Part shown: piece after piece, positions 60,023-64,000 of the stretch
Position numbering within the stretch: the first letter of the stretch is position 1
How the letters are laid out: each line of letters begins with the position of its first letter
Assembly: GCF_006345805.1 (NCBI RefSeq)
Contig: NC_043018.1
Span: 15,376,001-15,440,000 of the forward strand
DNA length: 64,000 bases
Reading direction: 5' to 3'
Source: Octopus sinensis
Lineage: Eukaryota
The notes under the pieces: generated by a model
Databases searched by the model: none
What the model was told of the DNA's origin: nothing
Seen by the model: the letters and a program-made list of their open reading frames with translations, nothing else
Position numbers and translations under genes: made by a program

Positions 60023-62865
60023 TGAGAAAATCTTGAATTATATTGAAATGTTTTCTATTGGCTGGACCTGGAGTTCATTGAGTTTGTTGTCCTGTTTATA
60101 CTGATACAATTGCAGTTGATGTTCTTGTTGATGCTGCAGGAAAAATACAAGCAGACAGGGATCTAGTGGGATGGCATTTGGGGAGAAAGGATTGAGTCTA
60201 ACATTCTATCTTCCATTAATTTTTCCAAATTGACTTACTAGGGTAGCTTGGGAGAAATTTAGATATTTTCATACTGTTAGAGCAATTGCTTTAACAGCTG
60301 ACATATGTTTATGATCCACTCAACCATGAGGTCATGGTAGGATTGTGTGCTAGAACTCATATCAAGCAGCTGTTATTAAATTCTTGTGAAATTTGATGAA
60401 ATTTTTAATTGAGTTTATATTTGTTTTCTTAATTCTAGATAAAGGAAAAGGAAATGGTGATAGAAGAAAGCACCACAAATAACTACATTCACGTCAAAAG
60501 TGTTATTCCACCAAAATATTTTTGCCCATCTTATACCAACACTTCATGTGCATTAACTGCTACAGTTTCATTCAAGAGTATGAAGAAATTAACATGTTCA
60601 GATAAAAGCAGTATCTACCAAATGGTTGCTGAACCACAAAAGAAGTCGACAAAAGGATGTGGTTTTGAGATTAATTTTAAATGGACAGCAATTGCTGTGA
60701 GAGGCACAGCAGATGGTTTATATGATGGAAACCAATCCGTTATTATAAACCTTTTACCAGGAATTATGACAAGCACGGCAGAGATCACATTTGATAACCA
60801 ATACCAGATTAAGGTAAGCTTTGTTCATCTAATGGACATAATATACAACAAGGAAATGAGATTATGAAGGACTATTTATGTTGTGTTTCAAGTTGCACAA
60901 AATAGATAGCTGCCAAACCACCCTCACATCTGTGGTCTACTATCTCAAAAGAAAAGAATGGGAAGTTTAGTTGCAATAGTAAAAAGCACAAGAAAGTTTG
61001 TTGGTACCAATAGGAGCTAGATGCACAATGGAACACTCCAAAAATGCAAGATACACTATGGCATCAAATAGTATAAGATACATGATGCTTGTACTAAATA
61101 CTACATACATACATTTTTGTAGGTATCAGTGGCAGAGAAGCTGTGTAGTTATAGGTGTCTGATACTTATAGTAGCGTTAAAGAGCAGATGTTATAATATA
61201 CTCTTTTACTCGTTTCAGTCATTTGACTGCGGCCATGCTGGAGCACTGCCTTTAGTCGAGCAAATCGTCCCCAGGACTTATTCTTTGTAAGCCTAGTACT
61301 TATTCTATCGGTCTCTTTTGCCGAACCGCTAAGTTATGGGGACGTAAACACACCAGCATCGGTTGTCAAGCGATGTTGGGGAGACAAACACATACATACA
61401 CATAGAAATATATACATATATACAACGGGCTTCTTTCAGTTTCCGTCTACCAGATCCACTCACAAGGCTTTGGTTGGCCCGAGACTACAGTAGAAGACAC
61501 TTGCCCAAGGTGCCACATAGTGGGACTGAACCTAGAACCATGGGGTTGGTAAGCAAGCTACTTACCACACAACCGTGAAAATAAAAGGCTGGATTGTCAT
61601 GGTTAGAATGCTTTGATCACATGTCTGCTGAAATTGAGGTGACTTAGGGCTAGAAAGCAAGACTTTTCAGCAGTAAATACTTATATCAATGAAGAAGATA
61701 GGAATGATATTTTACTTTTCTTCCACATTGAATGAAATCATATGGGAACTTTTATATCTCCTTACTTATCATACTGGAATAATCAAATTTGTTTTAATAA
61801 TTAAAAAATGAAAGAATGTTTGGAAACTTGTGGGAATTTTCATCTGCAAAAAATGATAATCTGAAGTTGCTGTGTTTGGATGAATTGTATGAGATGGAGA
61901 GAGAAGAGGAAACTGAGATTATGTAATTAGCCATTCATTAAGGTTTATTTTAATGATTGTAATTTATTCAGAATTGTTAAAATGTTGACTGAAATAGTTT
62001 TGGGGTGGTCTATTCTATACAAATGCTGAAAAATACTATTTAGTGCCTACTAGTAATAAATATACTATGATGTCGAAAGTATTGTAGCAACAACATTGTC
62101 CTCATTCAAGGGGACTTAATGTTTTCACATCTGATTCATCATGATTGTGATTGGAGGTTATCAATGACACCCATAGCTGTTGCCAATAAGGGGCCCCTAG
62201 CTATTTTTATTTGTTCTCTTGATCCATCCACATCTAAGAAAGCCTTAGTAATCAAACCAACATGGTTGCCTCTTTGCAGCCATTCAACCTGCTGGAAAGA
62301 ACAGTTCACTCTGCCTCAGATTACACCAGCTCACATACTTTGAAAAGGAAATTAAGTAACGTTGTCCCAGATTCTCTGTTCGTAAGAGAAAAGATAGGAT
62401 AATGATGGTTGGCATACTTTTGAAGATAAGTCTGCTGGATTAAGACCGGCCTTGGTTAAAAAAGGGAATGGTTGGAATGTCTTTGACTGTAGATTTGCTT
62501 TATCAAAGCTGATTTGGATTTAAACAGCTTCAACAACAACCCTTCAGAAACAAAAGAATGAGTGAACATCTTTGCAGTTGTTCAGCTGAATAGAAATAGC
62601 AGTCAAATCATCCTCAAATCAAACCCAACCATATTAAAAGGTAGTAGATAATACGGTCTTAAACACACTATCTCTAAGAACAAATGACCATAGCTTGGGT
62701 ATACTATGGATTATAGATTCACTCAATCAGGTATGATCATGGGGCCAAACAACAACAGTATTTACATTAGTTTTCTTTCCCTTTTCAGACAACAGTCGTT
62801 GACAGAGATAGAACAGCTTTGTGTAATTCTCTTAATGATCCACACATGACCACATTTGATGGACG
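2720..62865 (+). CDS. Partial multi-exon gene (27 exons in window) encoding a large multi-module VWDE-like protein (Ig-like/VWD/Cys-rich/EGF repeats plus two PAN/apple domains); both ends lie outside the window
   Basis: Manual exon chaining: all introns GT-AG, phases compatible throughout, 4328 nt without an in-frame stop. Motifs include TDD..W, C..C..HG.C.NG.C.C..GY.G.DC (EGF), GEF.LY, C.C, GLCG, WPT.SG and [10 protein letters not shown], typical of VWDE-family proteins. Confidence 0.9.
3498..3592. repeat. (GTT)n(ATT)n microsatellite abutting the exon 2 acceptor
   Basis: Direct inspection. Confidence 0.9.
3596..3786 (+). CDS. Exon 2: [14 protein letters not shown]...GFCD...LTCVFKIHK (end of EGF and following domain)
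   Basis: ttattacag|GA ... CATAAA|gtaagt; 191 nt; phase 1-0. Confidence 0.9.
4513..5032 (-). mobile_element. 5'-truncated RTE-clade LINE (RT C-terminal region) with (TGA)n tail
   Basis: ORF 4523..5020 with [19 protein letters not shown] and DREVWR motifs, followed by tgatgatgatg. Confidence 0.85.
5271..5285 (+). CDS. Exon 3: 15-nt microexon QLSDK
   Basis: Long pyrimidine tract ttttctttgtttttcttttag| and AAG|gtaaga donor; phase 0-0; restores exact length parity with the paralogous exon at 53490. Confidence 0.75.
6330..7372. repeat. (ACC/ACT/ACA)n compound repeat with nested 33-39 nt and ~387 nt duplications; Thr-rich in one frame
   Basis: tccatcacctctgcaacc at 6531 and 6918; recurring accactacaaccgcctctacagccaccactattacc units. 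Confidence 0.9.
7809..8141 (-). mobile_element. tRNA-derived SINE family D
   Basis: Minus-strand head gcatggctcagtggttagagtgtcgagcttacgattgtgagg.tgtgagttcgact; near-identical to 27928..28263. Confidence 0.82.
10463..10615. repeat. (TG)n/(TA)n/(TATG)n microsatellite
   Basis: Direct inspection. Confidence 0.9.
10666..10925. repeat. 129-bp direct tandem duplication beginning inside a family A SINE head
   Basis: cactgtacagtattac at 10681 and 10810. Confidence 0.9.
11560..13335 (+). repeat. AT-rich tandem array, about 4.3 units alternating ~387 and ~439 bp (826-bp dimer), each with a mini-ORF like a Penelope-like element N-terminus
   Basis: Anchor gtaagatagaac at 11790, 12229, 12616 and ~13054; ORFs 11777..11917 and 12216..12353 read ...SLK(N/D)[23 protein letters not shown]. 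Confidence 0.85.
13447..13656 (+). CDS. Exon 4: KFEQTER...IDCP...[15 protein letters not shown]
   Basis: ttgttgtag|AAA ... TACAAG|gtaagt; 210 nt; phase 0-0. Confidence 0.9.
14677..14706 (+). CDS. Exon 5 (candidate, possibly alternative): 30-nt microexon [10 protein letters not shown]
   Basis: ttttattttctgtttcag| and CGG|gtaaat; phase 0-0; no counterpart in the next module. Confidence 0.55.
15160..15745 (+). mobile_element. 3' end of a second RTE family: RT C-terminus plus a 3' UTR matching repeat family B
   Basis: LREKLG...LHWYG.VM.M...G...R.RP.KT...V.KDL..LGL, then the family-B tail ending gttaaatgatgatgatg. Confidence 0.75.
16113..16552 (-). mobile_element. Repeat family B, long form with the same 5' end as 2135..2527
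   Basis: Reverse complement begins gatcagaatcgaaatcgatcaatggaaattgcag. Confidence 0.8.
16587..16701 (+). CDS. Exon 6: [15 protein letters not shown]...[14 protein letters not shown] (Cys-rich module end)
   Basis: tcttctggcag|GAA ... AAAG|gttggt; 115 nt; phase 0-1. Confidence 0.9.
16852..16968 (-). mobile_element. SINE family A, 5' part
   Basis: ttggtcggcccgaggc...cacagccactcctacgcc. Confidence 0.75.
16990..17220 (-). mobile_element. Possible non-autonomous Helitron/Helentron-like 5' fragment
   Basis: Minus strand starts a|tctattatataaaatccgttctgtgtgtc...catccgattgcgctcagatttgatatg next to (TA)n; pattern recall only. Confidence 0.4.
17595..17930. repeat. (TA)n/(TATG)n compound microsatellite
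   Basis: Direct inspection. Confidence 0.9.
18041..18307 (+). CDS. Exon 7: PAN/apple domain 1
   Basis: ttcaaaccag|AT ... AATG|gtaagt; 267 nt; phase 1-1; C..W....G ... CKNAC ... CKSINY ... ECYL ... YHEWKC pattern. Confidence 0.92.
18407..18633. mobile_element. Second degenerate TTAA-type MITE
   Basis: ttcaatcctttcgttac ... aatgaaagggttaa imperfect termini. Confidence 0.45.
19952..20215 (+). CDS. Exon 8: PAN/apple domain 2
   Basis: ctcatttcag|AT ... GGAG|gtaagt; 264 nt; phase 1-1; ECLRLC ... FLCRSVD ... CYLS ... YLEWNC pattern. Confidence 0.92.
21424..21842 (+). mobile_element. tRNA-related SINE family A, full length, with internal (TA)n(TG)n
   Basis: gcgcaggagtggctgtgtggtaag...ggttcagtccc head; tail aaatgactgaaacaagtaaaagagtaaaagag. 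Confidence 0.85.
22075..22304 (+). CDS. Exon 9: Ig-like beta domain opening the second module (IQCQL...YYVRW...LYGTQ)
   Basis: ctcatgaag|AT ... ACTCAG|gtaaat; 230 nt; phase 1-0. Confidence 0.88.
22434..23180 (-). mobile_element. Two family B copies (~22434-22692 and ~22846-23180)
   Basis: (cat)n-ttta(g/a)..tcc..t.ccatgct.gcatgggttggacgg start; ggatgcc.ttcctaac.ccaa core. Confidence 0.7.
23440..23670 (+). mobile_element. SINE family A, 3' half
   Basis: gtgtttgtcccc...ttgcttgacaaccgatgctgg...gaaacaagtaaaagag. Confidence 0.75.
24232..24324 (+). CDS. Exon 10: [13 protein letters not shown]...LSIE
   Basis: ttttatttcag|GTT ... ATAGAG|gtcagt; 93 nt; phase 0-0. Confidence 0.88.
24841..25067. mobile_element. 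227-bp piggyBac-like MITE (TTAA-flanked)
   Basis: ttaa(t)cctttagt ... actaaagggttaa; near-identical copy at 36902..37128. Confidence 0.75.
25270..25615. mobile_element. Two degenerate family C copies in opposite orientations
   Basis: tttcatccttt...ataaaataagtac on the minus strand and ttctgagttcaaattctgctgaattcgactttgcctttcatt on the plus strand. Confidence 0.55.
25699..26064 (+). CDS. Exon 11: [12 protein letters not shown]...VPASLYC...KNDMISD...ETLK (pre-VWD beta domain)
   Basis: ttttctctag|GTA ... TTAAAG|gtaaat; 366 nt; phase 0-0. Confidence 0.9.
26414..26808 (+). mobile_element. SINE family A, slightly 5'-truncated
   Basis: Same body and tail as 21424..21842. Confidence 0.8.
27709..27782 (+). 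CDS. Exon 12: start of VWD domain, [24 protein letters not shown]
   Basis: aaattttcag|TTG ... TACAG|gtacag; 74 nt; phase 0-2; aligns with exon 27. Confidence 0.85.
27928..28263 (-). mobile_element. tRNA-derived SINE family D
   Basis: Head gtgaaggcgcgtggctcagtggttagagcg...gagctcgaatccc; tail ending ccgaagggggtc. Confidence 0.82.
28483..28713 (+). mobile_element. tRNA-related SINE, family C
   Basis: ggcggcgagctggcagagtcgttagc...gagttcaaattcc (A/B-box-like); central gcctttcatcctt..gggtcgattaaataagtaccag segment that I recall as Meta/MESC-domain-like (unverified). Confidence 0.8.
28958..29268 (-). mobile_element. SINE with family E head and an alternative 3' region (tail type 2)
   Basis: Same head and ctaaagccccacgaggctccggcagggg body, then a different 3' region containing atggactggtgtcccgtccagc. 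Confidence 0.78.
29456..29519 (+). CDS. Exon 13: [24 protein letters not shown]
   Basis: atttgaacag|C ... CATAAG|gtttgt; 64 nt; phase 2-0; GEF.LY motif. Confidence 0.88.
29628..29673 (+). ncRNA. Degenerate minimal type I hammerhead-like motif
   Basis: gacac CTGAAGA agtctggagggtatatcagct GAAA tgtt gtgtt; stem I gacac/gtgtt; stem III pair lost (tgtt instead of cgtt). Confidence 0.5.
29755..30238 (+). mobile_element. Family B variant, long form
   Basis: Subrepeats gtggcac(g/a)t(g/a)aaa; tail ccaacccatgctagcatggaaagcagacgttaaat(gat)n. Confidence 0.7.
30483..30577 (-). ncRNA. Type I hammerhead ribozyme motif with minimal palindromic stem III, inside a ~380-bp repeat flanked by (TA)n
   Basis: Minus strand: ccttgattttc CTGATGA g[extended stem II]c GAAA CATAT GTC gagaataaagg; stem I pairs at 10 of 11 positions. 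Confidence 0.75.
30716..30931 (+). CDS. Exon 14: [26 protein letters not shown]...DGKIYK
   Basis: atcttttcag|GTC ... TATAAG|gtaata; 216 nt; phase 0-0. Confidence 0.9.
31392..31490 (-). mobile_element. Older, diverged R4/Dong-type RLE C-terminal fragment
   Basis: Translates [27 protein letters not shown]; compare [26 protein letters not shown] in the adjacent element. Confidence 0.6.
31493..35693 (-). mobile_element. Near-full-length non-LTR retrotransposon of the R4/Dong (RLE endonuclease) clade, single ORF broken by 5 short indels
   Basis: RT motifs [26 protein letters not shown] and YMDD; CCHC knuckle [18 protein letters not shown]; RLE motif RPDII...IDMTVP...KYKDLE; (TAA)n 3' tail at 31493-31525; 5' boundary approximate. 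Confidence 0.9.
36556..36661 (+). CDS. Exon 15: [14 protein letters not shown]...[10 protein letters not shown]
   Basis: ttatttggcag|GTA ... GAAG|gtaaga; 106 nt; phase 0-1. Confidence 0.9.
36902..37128. mobile_element. 227-bp piggyBac-like MITE
   Basis: TTAAccctttagt ... actaaagggTTAA terminal inverted repeats. Confidence 0.8.
38325..38385 (+). CDS. Exon 16: VWD end, GLCGMYDDN...PLSY
   Basis: ttttacttgcag|GT ... TATAG|gtaact; 61 nt; phase 1-2; GLCG motif. Confidence 0.88.
38545..38947 (+). mobile_element. Probable solo LTR (~400 bp, CpG-rich)
   Basis: TGTAA...TTACA termini, internal AATAAA, composition unlike the flanks; no clean TSD found. Confidence 0.45.
39583..39901 (-). mobile_element. 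SINE family A, 3' two-thirds
   Basis: cttgtttcagtcatttgactgcggccatgctggag...gcattggtcgg. Confidence 0.8.
40018..40178 (+). CDS. Exon 17: RVNSASSIY...YCDCIDG...IYCPQ
   Basis: tatatttgcag|A ... ATATG|gtaaat; 161 nt; phase 2-1. Confidence 0.88.
40437..41359 (-). repeat. Tandem array of five 184-185 bp units derived from SINE family C (5' head missing)
   Basis: Unit starts at 40437, 40621, 40806, 40990 and 41175; reverse complement matches the SINEs at 28483 and 50790. Confidence 0.92.
41877..42071. mobile_element. Diverged inverted copy of the same MITE, interrupted by family B
   Basis: ttaaccctctagcatttaaac...ctcacacctaccctgcaa..aatgcatgattaattcaaa. Confidence 0.6.
42075..42300 (+). mobile_element. 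Family B copy
   Basis: ggagtggttggcgttaggaagggcatccagc...aaaacggacgttaaacc(atg)n. Confidence 0.78.
42949..43034 (+). CDS. Exon 18: [13 protein letters not shown]...EEPK
   Basis: ttgtttcag|GT ... CCAAAG|gtagaa; 86 nt; phase 1-0. Confidence 0.82.
43405..43710 (-). mobile_element. SINE related to family E with a tail type 2-like 3' region
   Basis: Head ggaggcacatggcctagtggttagagcagc...ggttcgaatctcagaccgggcg; atggaccggcgtcccgtccag segment. Confidence 0.7.
44105..44878. repeat. (CT)-rich compound microsatellite with a ~30-bp higher-order unit (ctctctcttgctctcactctctcttt)
   Basis: Direct inspection. Confidence 0.9.
45387..45742 (+). mobile_element. 5'-truncated copy of the same RTE family as 4513..5032
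   Basis: Near-identical peptide [14 protein letters not shown]...TTVEQ* followed by tgatgaatgatgatg. Confidence 0.85.
46064..46219 (+). CDS. Exon 19: [19 protein letters not shown]...[10 protein letters not shown]
   Basis: cttaattacag|ATA ... ATCCAG|gtttgt; 156 nt; phase 0-0; WPT.SG motif. Confidence 0.88.
46405..46575 (-). mobile_element. RTE RT fragment
   Basis: [11 protein letters not shown]...GGG.SESI..RI..GW.KFR.LLPLL in ORF 46392..46640. Confidence 0.7.
46762..47143 (-). mobile_element. tRNA-derived SINE family E (tail type 1) with 13-bp TSD
   Basis: TSD taagacaggacat at 46749-46761 and 47144-47156; head tggcccagtggttagggcagc...ggtttcgattccc. Confidence 0.88.
47698..47920 (-). mobile_element. 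3' end of the same mariner family
   Basis: Reverse complement contains tgcttcaaatggagaatactttgaaggc...aatattgcaaaattctg, matching 609-680, and ends at a TA. Confidence 0.7.
48259..48412 (+). CDS. Exon 20: MRDDEQL...DQC...[14 protein letters not shown] (paralogue of exon 1)
   Basis: caatcaatag|ATG ... AAAG|gtatga; 154 nt; phase 0-1. Confidence 0.88.
49376..49764 (-). mobile_element. SINE family E (tail type 1) with 13-bp TSD
   Basis: TSD acataagttgtaa at 49363-49375 and 49765-49777. Confidence 0.88.
49965..50275 (+). mobile_element. Family B variant
   Basis: gccatgtaaaaagca subrepeats; ccgacccatgccagcatgg...tgatgatgatg tail. Confidence 0.65.
50575..50760. repeat. (CA)n/(CATG)n compound microsatellite
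   Basis: Direct inspection. Confidence 0.85.
50790..51025 (+). mobile_element. SINE family C with 16-bp target-site duplication
   Basis: TSD ggtatacataccagca at 50774-50789 and 51026-51041. Confidence 0.88.
51337..51527 (+). CDS. Exon 21: [14 protein letters not shown]...GLCN...FTCKLKEIQ (paralogue of exon 2)
   Basis: tttctcatcag|AT ... ATTCAG|gtattg; 191 nt, same length as exon 2; phase 1-0. Confidence 0.9.
52470..52617 (+). mobile_element. SINE family A, 3' fragment
   Basis: cttagcagtttggcaaaagagaccgatag...gtaaaagagtaaaagag. Confidence 0.7.
53490..53708 (+). CDS. Exon 22: ILNQTY...ILCPLP...[17 protein letters not shown] (paralogue of exons 3+4)
   Basis: ccctctacag|ATA ... TTGCTT|gtaagt; 219 nt; phase 0-0. 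Confidence 0.9.
53742..54060 (-). mobile_element. Family B copy
   Basis: (cat)n cgtttaatgtccgttttc...ggatgcccttcctaacgccaacc. Confidence 0.75.
54386..54793 (+). mobile_element. SINE family A, full length
   Basis: ggcgcaggagtggctgtgtgg ... gaaacaagtaaaaga. Confidence 0.85.
55138..55252 (+). CDS. Exon 23: [11 protein letters not shown]...[14 protein letters not shown] (paralogue of exon 6)
   Basis: ttgttttgcag|AAT ... CAAG|gtaaac; 115 nt, same length as exon 6; phase 0-1. Confidence 0.9.
55262..55372. repeat. (GTT)n(GTC)n microsatellite
   Basis: Direct inspection. Confidence 0.9.
56464..56687 (+). CDS. Exon 24: Ig-like domain opening the third module (FACYF...IEWY...KYGSK; paralogue of exon 9)
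   Basis: aaacctatcag|TG ... TCAAAG|gtaatg; 224 nt; phase 1-0. Confidence 0.85.
57960..58740. mobile_element. Degenerate family C copies (minus at ~57960-58170, plus at ~58515-58740) flanking a family B copy
   Basis: aaaggatgaaaggaaaagtcaac...gaatttgaactcagaac and ggcagcaagctggcagaatcc...gagttcaaattctgc. Confidence 0.55.
58182..58497 (-). mobile_element. Family B copy
   Basis: (cat)n cgtttaacgtctgttttcc...gctggatgcccttcctaatgccaacc. Confidence 0.78.
58799..58891 (+). CDS. Exon 25: [13 protein letters not shown]...AELE (paralogue of exon 10)
   Basis: ctttaatttcag|TTT ... CTTGAG|gtaact; 93 nt, same length as exon 10; phase 0-0. Confidence 0.88.
59410..59858. mobile_element. Two convergent family B copies (plus at ~59410-59610, minus at ~59665-59858)
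   Basis: Both carry the aacccatgc.agca/tgctagcatgggttg tail motif. Confidence 0.65.
59860..60000 (+). repeat. Short diverged fragment of the repeat forming the 11.5-13.3 kb array, between (TA)n tracts
   Basis: gtttgatttgcctaatagtgg..tctctaatttaa followed by (TA)n, matching the array end near 13295-13345. Confidence 0.55.
60439..60813 (+). CDS. Exon 26: [10 protein letters not shown]...IPPKYFC...DGLYDG...YQIK (paralogue of exon 11)
   Basis: cttaattctag|ATA ... ATTAAG|gtaagc; 375 nt; phase 0-0. Confidence 0.9.
61201..61574 (-). mobile_element. SINE family A
   Basis: Reverse complement matches the family A body and tail. Confidence 0.82.
62789..62865 (+). CDS. Exon 27: start of [28 protein letters not shown]
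   Basis: cccttttcag|ACA ... GGACG|gtaaga; 77 nt; phase 0-2; DPH..TFDG motif. Confidence 0.92.
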
Positions 62866-63004
62866 GTAAGAGTTTAATCTTTACTCAGAATAAATAAATT
62901 TCAATGTTATGAGAACAAATCAATATGAAATCAATAAGCTGGGCTTCACACATGCAATGACTAATGATTGAGGCTTTTGGCAATATGCTGCACTTGAGAT
63001 GATG

Positions 63005-63373
63005 AGAGTATCATGTAATTAGCCCCTGTGCTAGTGGTACAGAAAAAGCACCTCTTGGGCATTGGGCCTCATAGAGGCAATGACATGTGACCAAGACCTT
63101 TGGCAGTATTCTGTGCTTGAACAGAAAACCCATCAAGCAAAGTGAAATCTTAATTGTGGCAGATACCAGTGTCATGCAACTAGCACTCATGCCAGTGGAA
63201 CATAAAAGCTCCCATTGCACTCTCAGAAGGGTTAGCATTAGGAGGGCATCCAGCCATAGGAACCATGCCAAATCAGACTGGAATCTGGTGCAGCCCCTCA
63301 GCTTACCAGCCCTGGTCAAACCTTCCCACCCATGTCAGCATGGACAACAGATGTTAAACGATGCTGATGATGA
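63005..63373 (+). mobile_element. Family B variant
   Basis: ggttagcattaggagggcatccagcc...cccatgtcagcatgga..gatgttaaacgatgctgatgatg. Confidence 0.65.
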
Positions 63374-63466
63374 TACAATATGTGCAGTTATTCCTTGCAT
63401 CTTTATAAGCTGCTCAAGTTTGAGTCACAGAGTTTGTCATCAAGTACTTAGTGTTTATGCCAAAAT

Positions 63467-63687
63467 ACTCTTTTACTCTTTTACATGTTTCAGTCATTTG
63501 ACTGCAGCCATGCTGGAGCTCTGCCTTTAGTCGAGCAAATCAACCCCGGGACTTATTCTTTGTAAGCCTAGTACTTATTCTATCGGTCTCTTTTGCCAAA
63601 CTGCTAAGTTACGGGGACGTAAACATACCAGCATCGGTTGTCAAGCGATCTTATGGGGACAAACACAGACACATAAACACACATGTG

Positions 63688-63723
<36 letters not shown>

Positions 63724-63897
63724 ATATATATATACGAGGGGCTTCTTTCAGTTTCCGTTTACCAAATCCACTCACAAGGCTTTGGTCGGCCCGAGGTTAT
63801 AGTAGAAGATACTTGCCCAAGGTGCCACGCAGTGGGACTGAACCCGGAACCATGTGGTTCATAAGCAAGCTACTTACCACACAGCCACTCCTGTGTC
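63467..63897 (-). mobile_element. SINE family A, full length
   Basis: Reverse complement matches family A from head to tail. Confidence 0.85.
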
Positions 63898-64000
63898 TAT
63901 GTTCTATTATTTCTCAAATCAGTTAAACAATTTTAGGATTCTTGAACCATAATTTGTGTGGGTAGAAAAAATTGCTGGAAAATCAAAAATAATCTTAGCA

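Overview
AT-rich eukaryotic genomic DNA, most likely Octopus (inferred from the SINE, LINE and microsatellite content; not database-checked). The window lies wholly inside one large + strand gene. I reconstructed 27 GT-AG exons by hand (2720..62865, 4328 nt, about 1442 codons, phase-consistent with no stops; neither start nor stop codon is in the window). They encode a probably extracellular multi-module protein of the VWDE type (von Willebrand D + EGF). The order is: end of one module, two PAN/apple domains, a complete second module whose VWD lacks the GDPH-type motif, and the start of a third module that retains NDPH. The introns hold a near-intact R4/Dong-clade LINE in a (TAA)n tract, RTE LINE fragments, at least five SINE-like families, mariner remnants, piggyBac-like MITEs and a probable solo LTR. 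They also hold two hammerhead-ribozyme motifs of the Penelope-associated minimal type, a Penelope-derived ABAB satellite, an ABAB tandem array of a SINE, a Thr-coding trinucleotide repeat and many microsatellites. Most ORFs in the supplied track are artefacts of these repeats. SINE family letters A-E are my own labels, and repeat boundaries are approximate.
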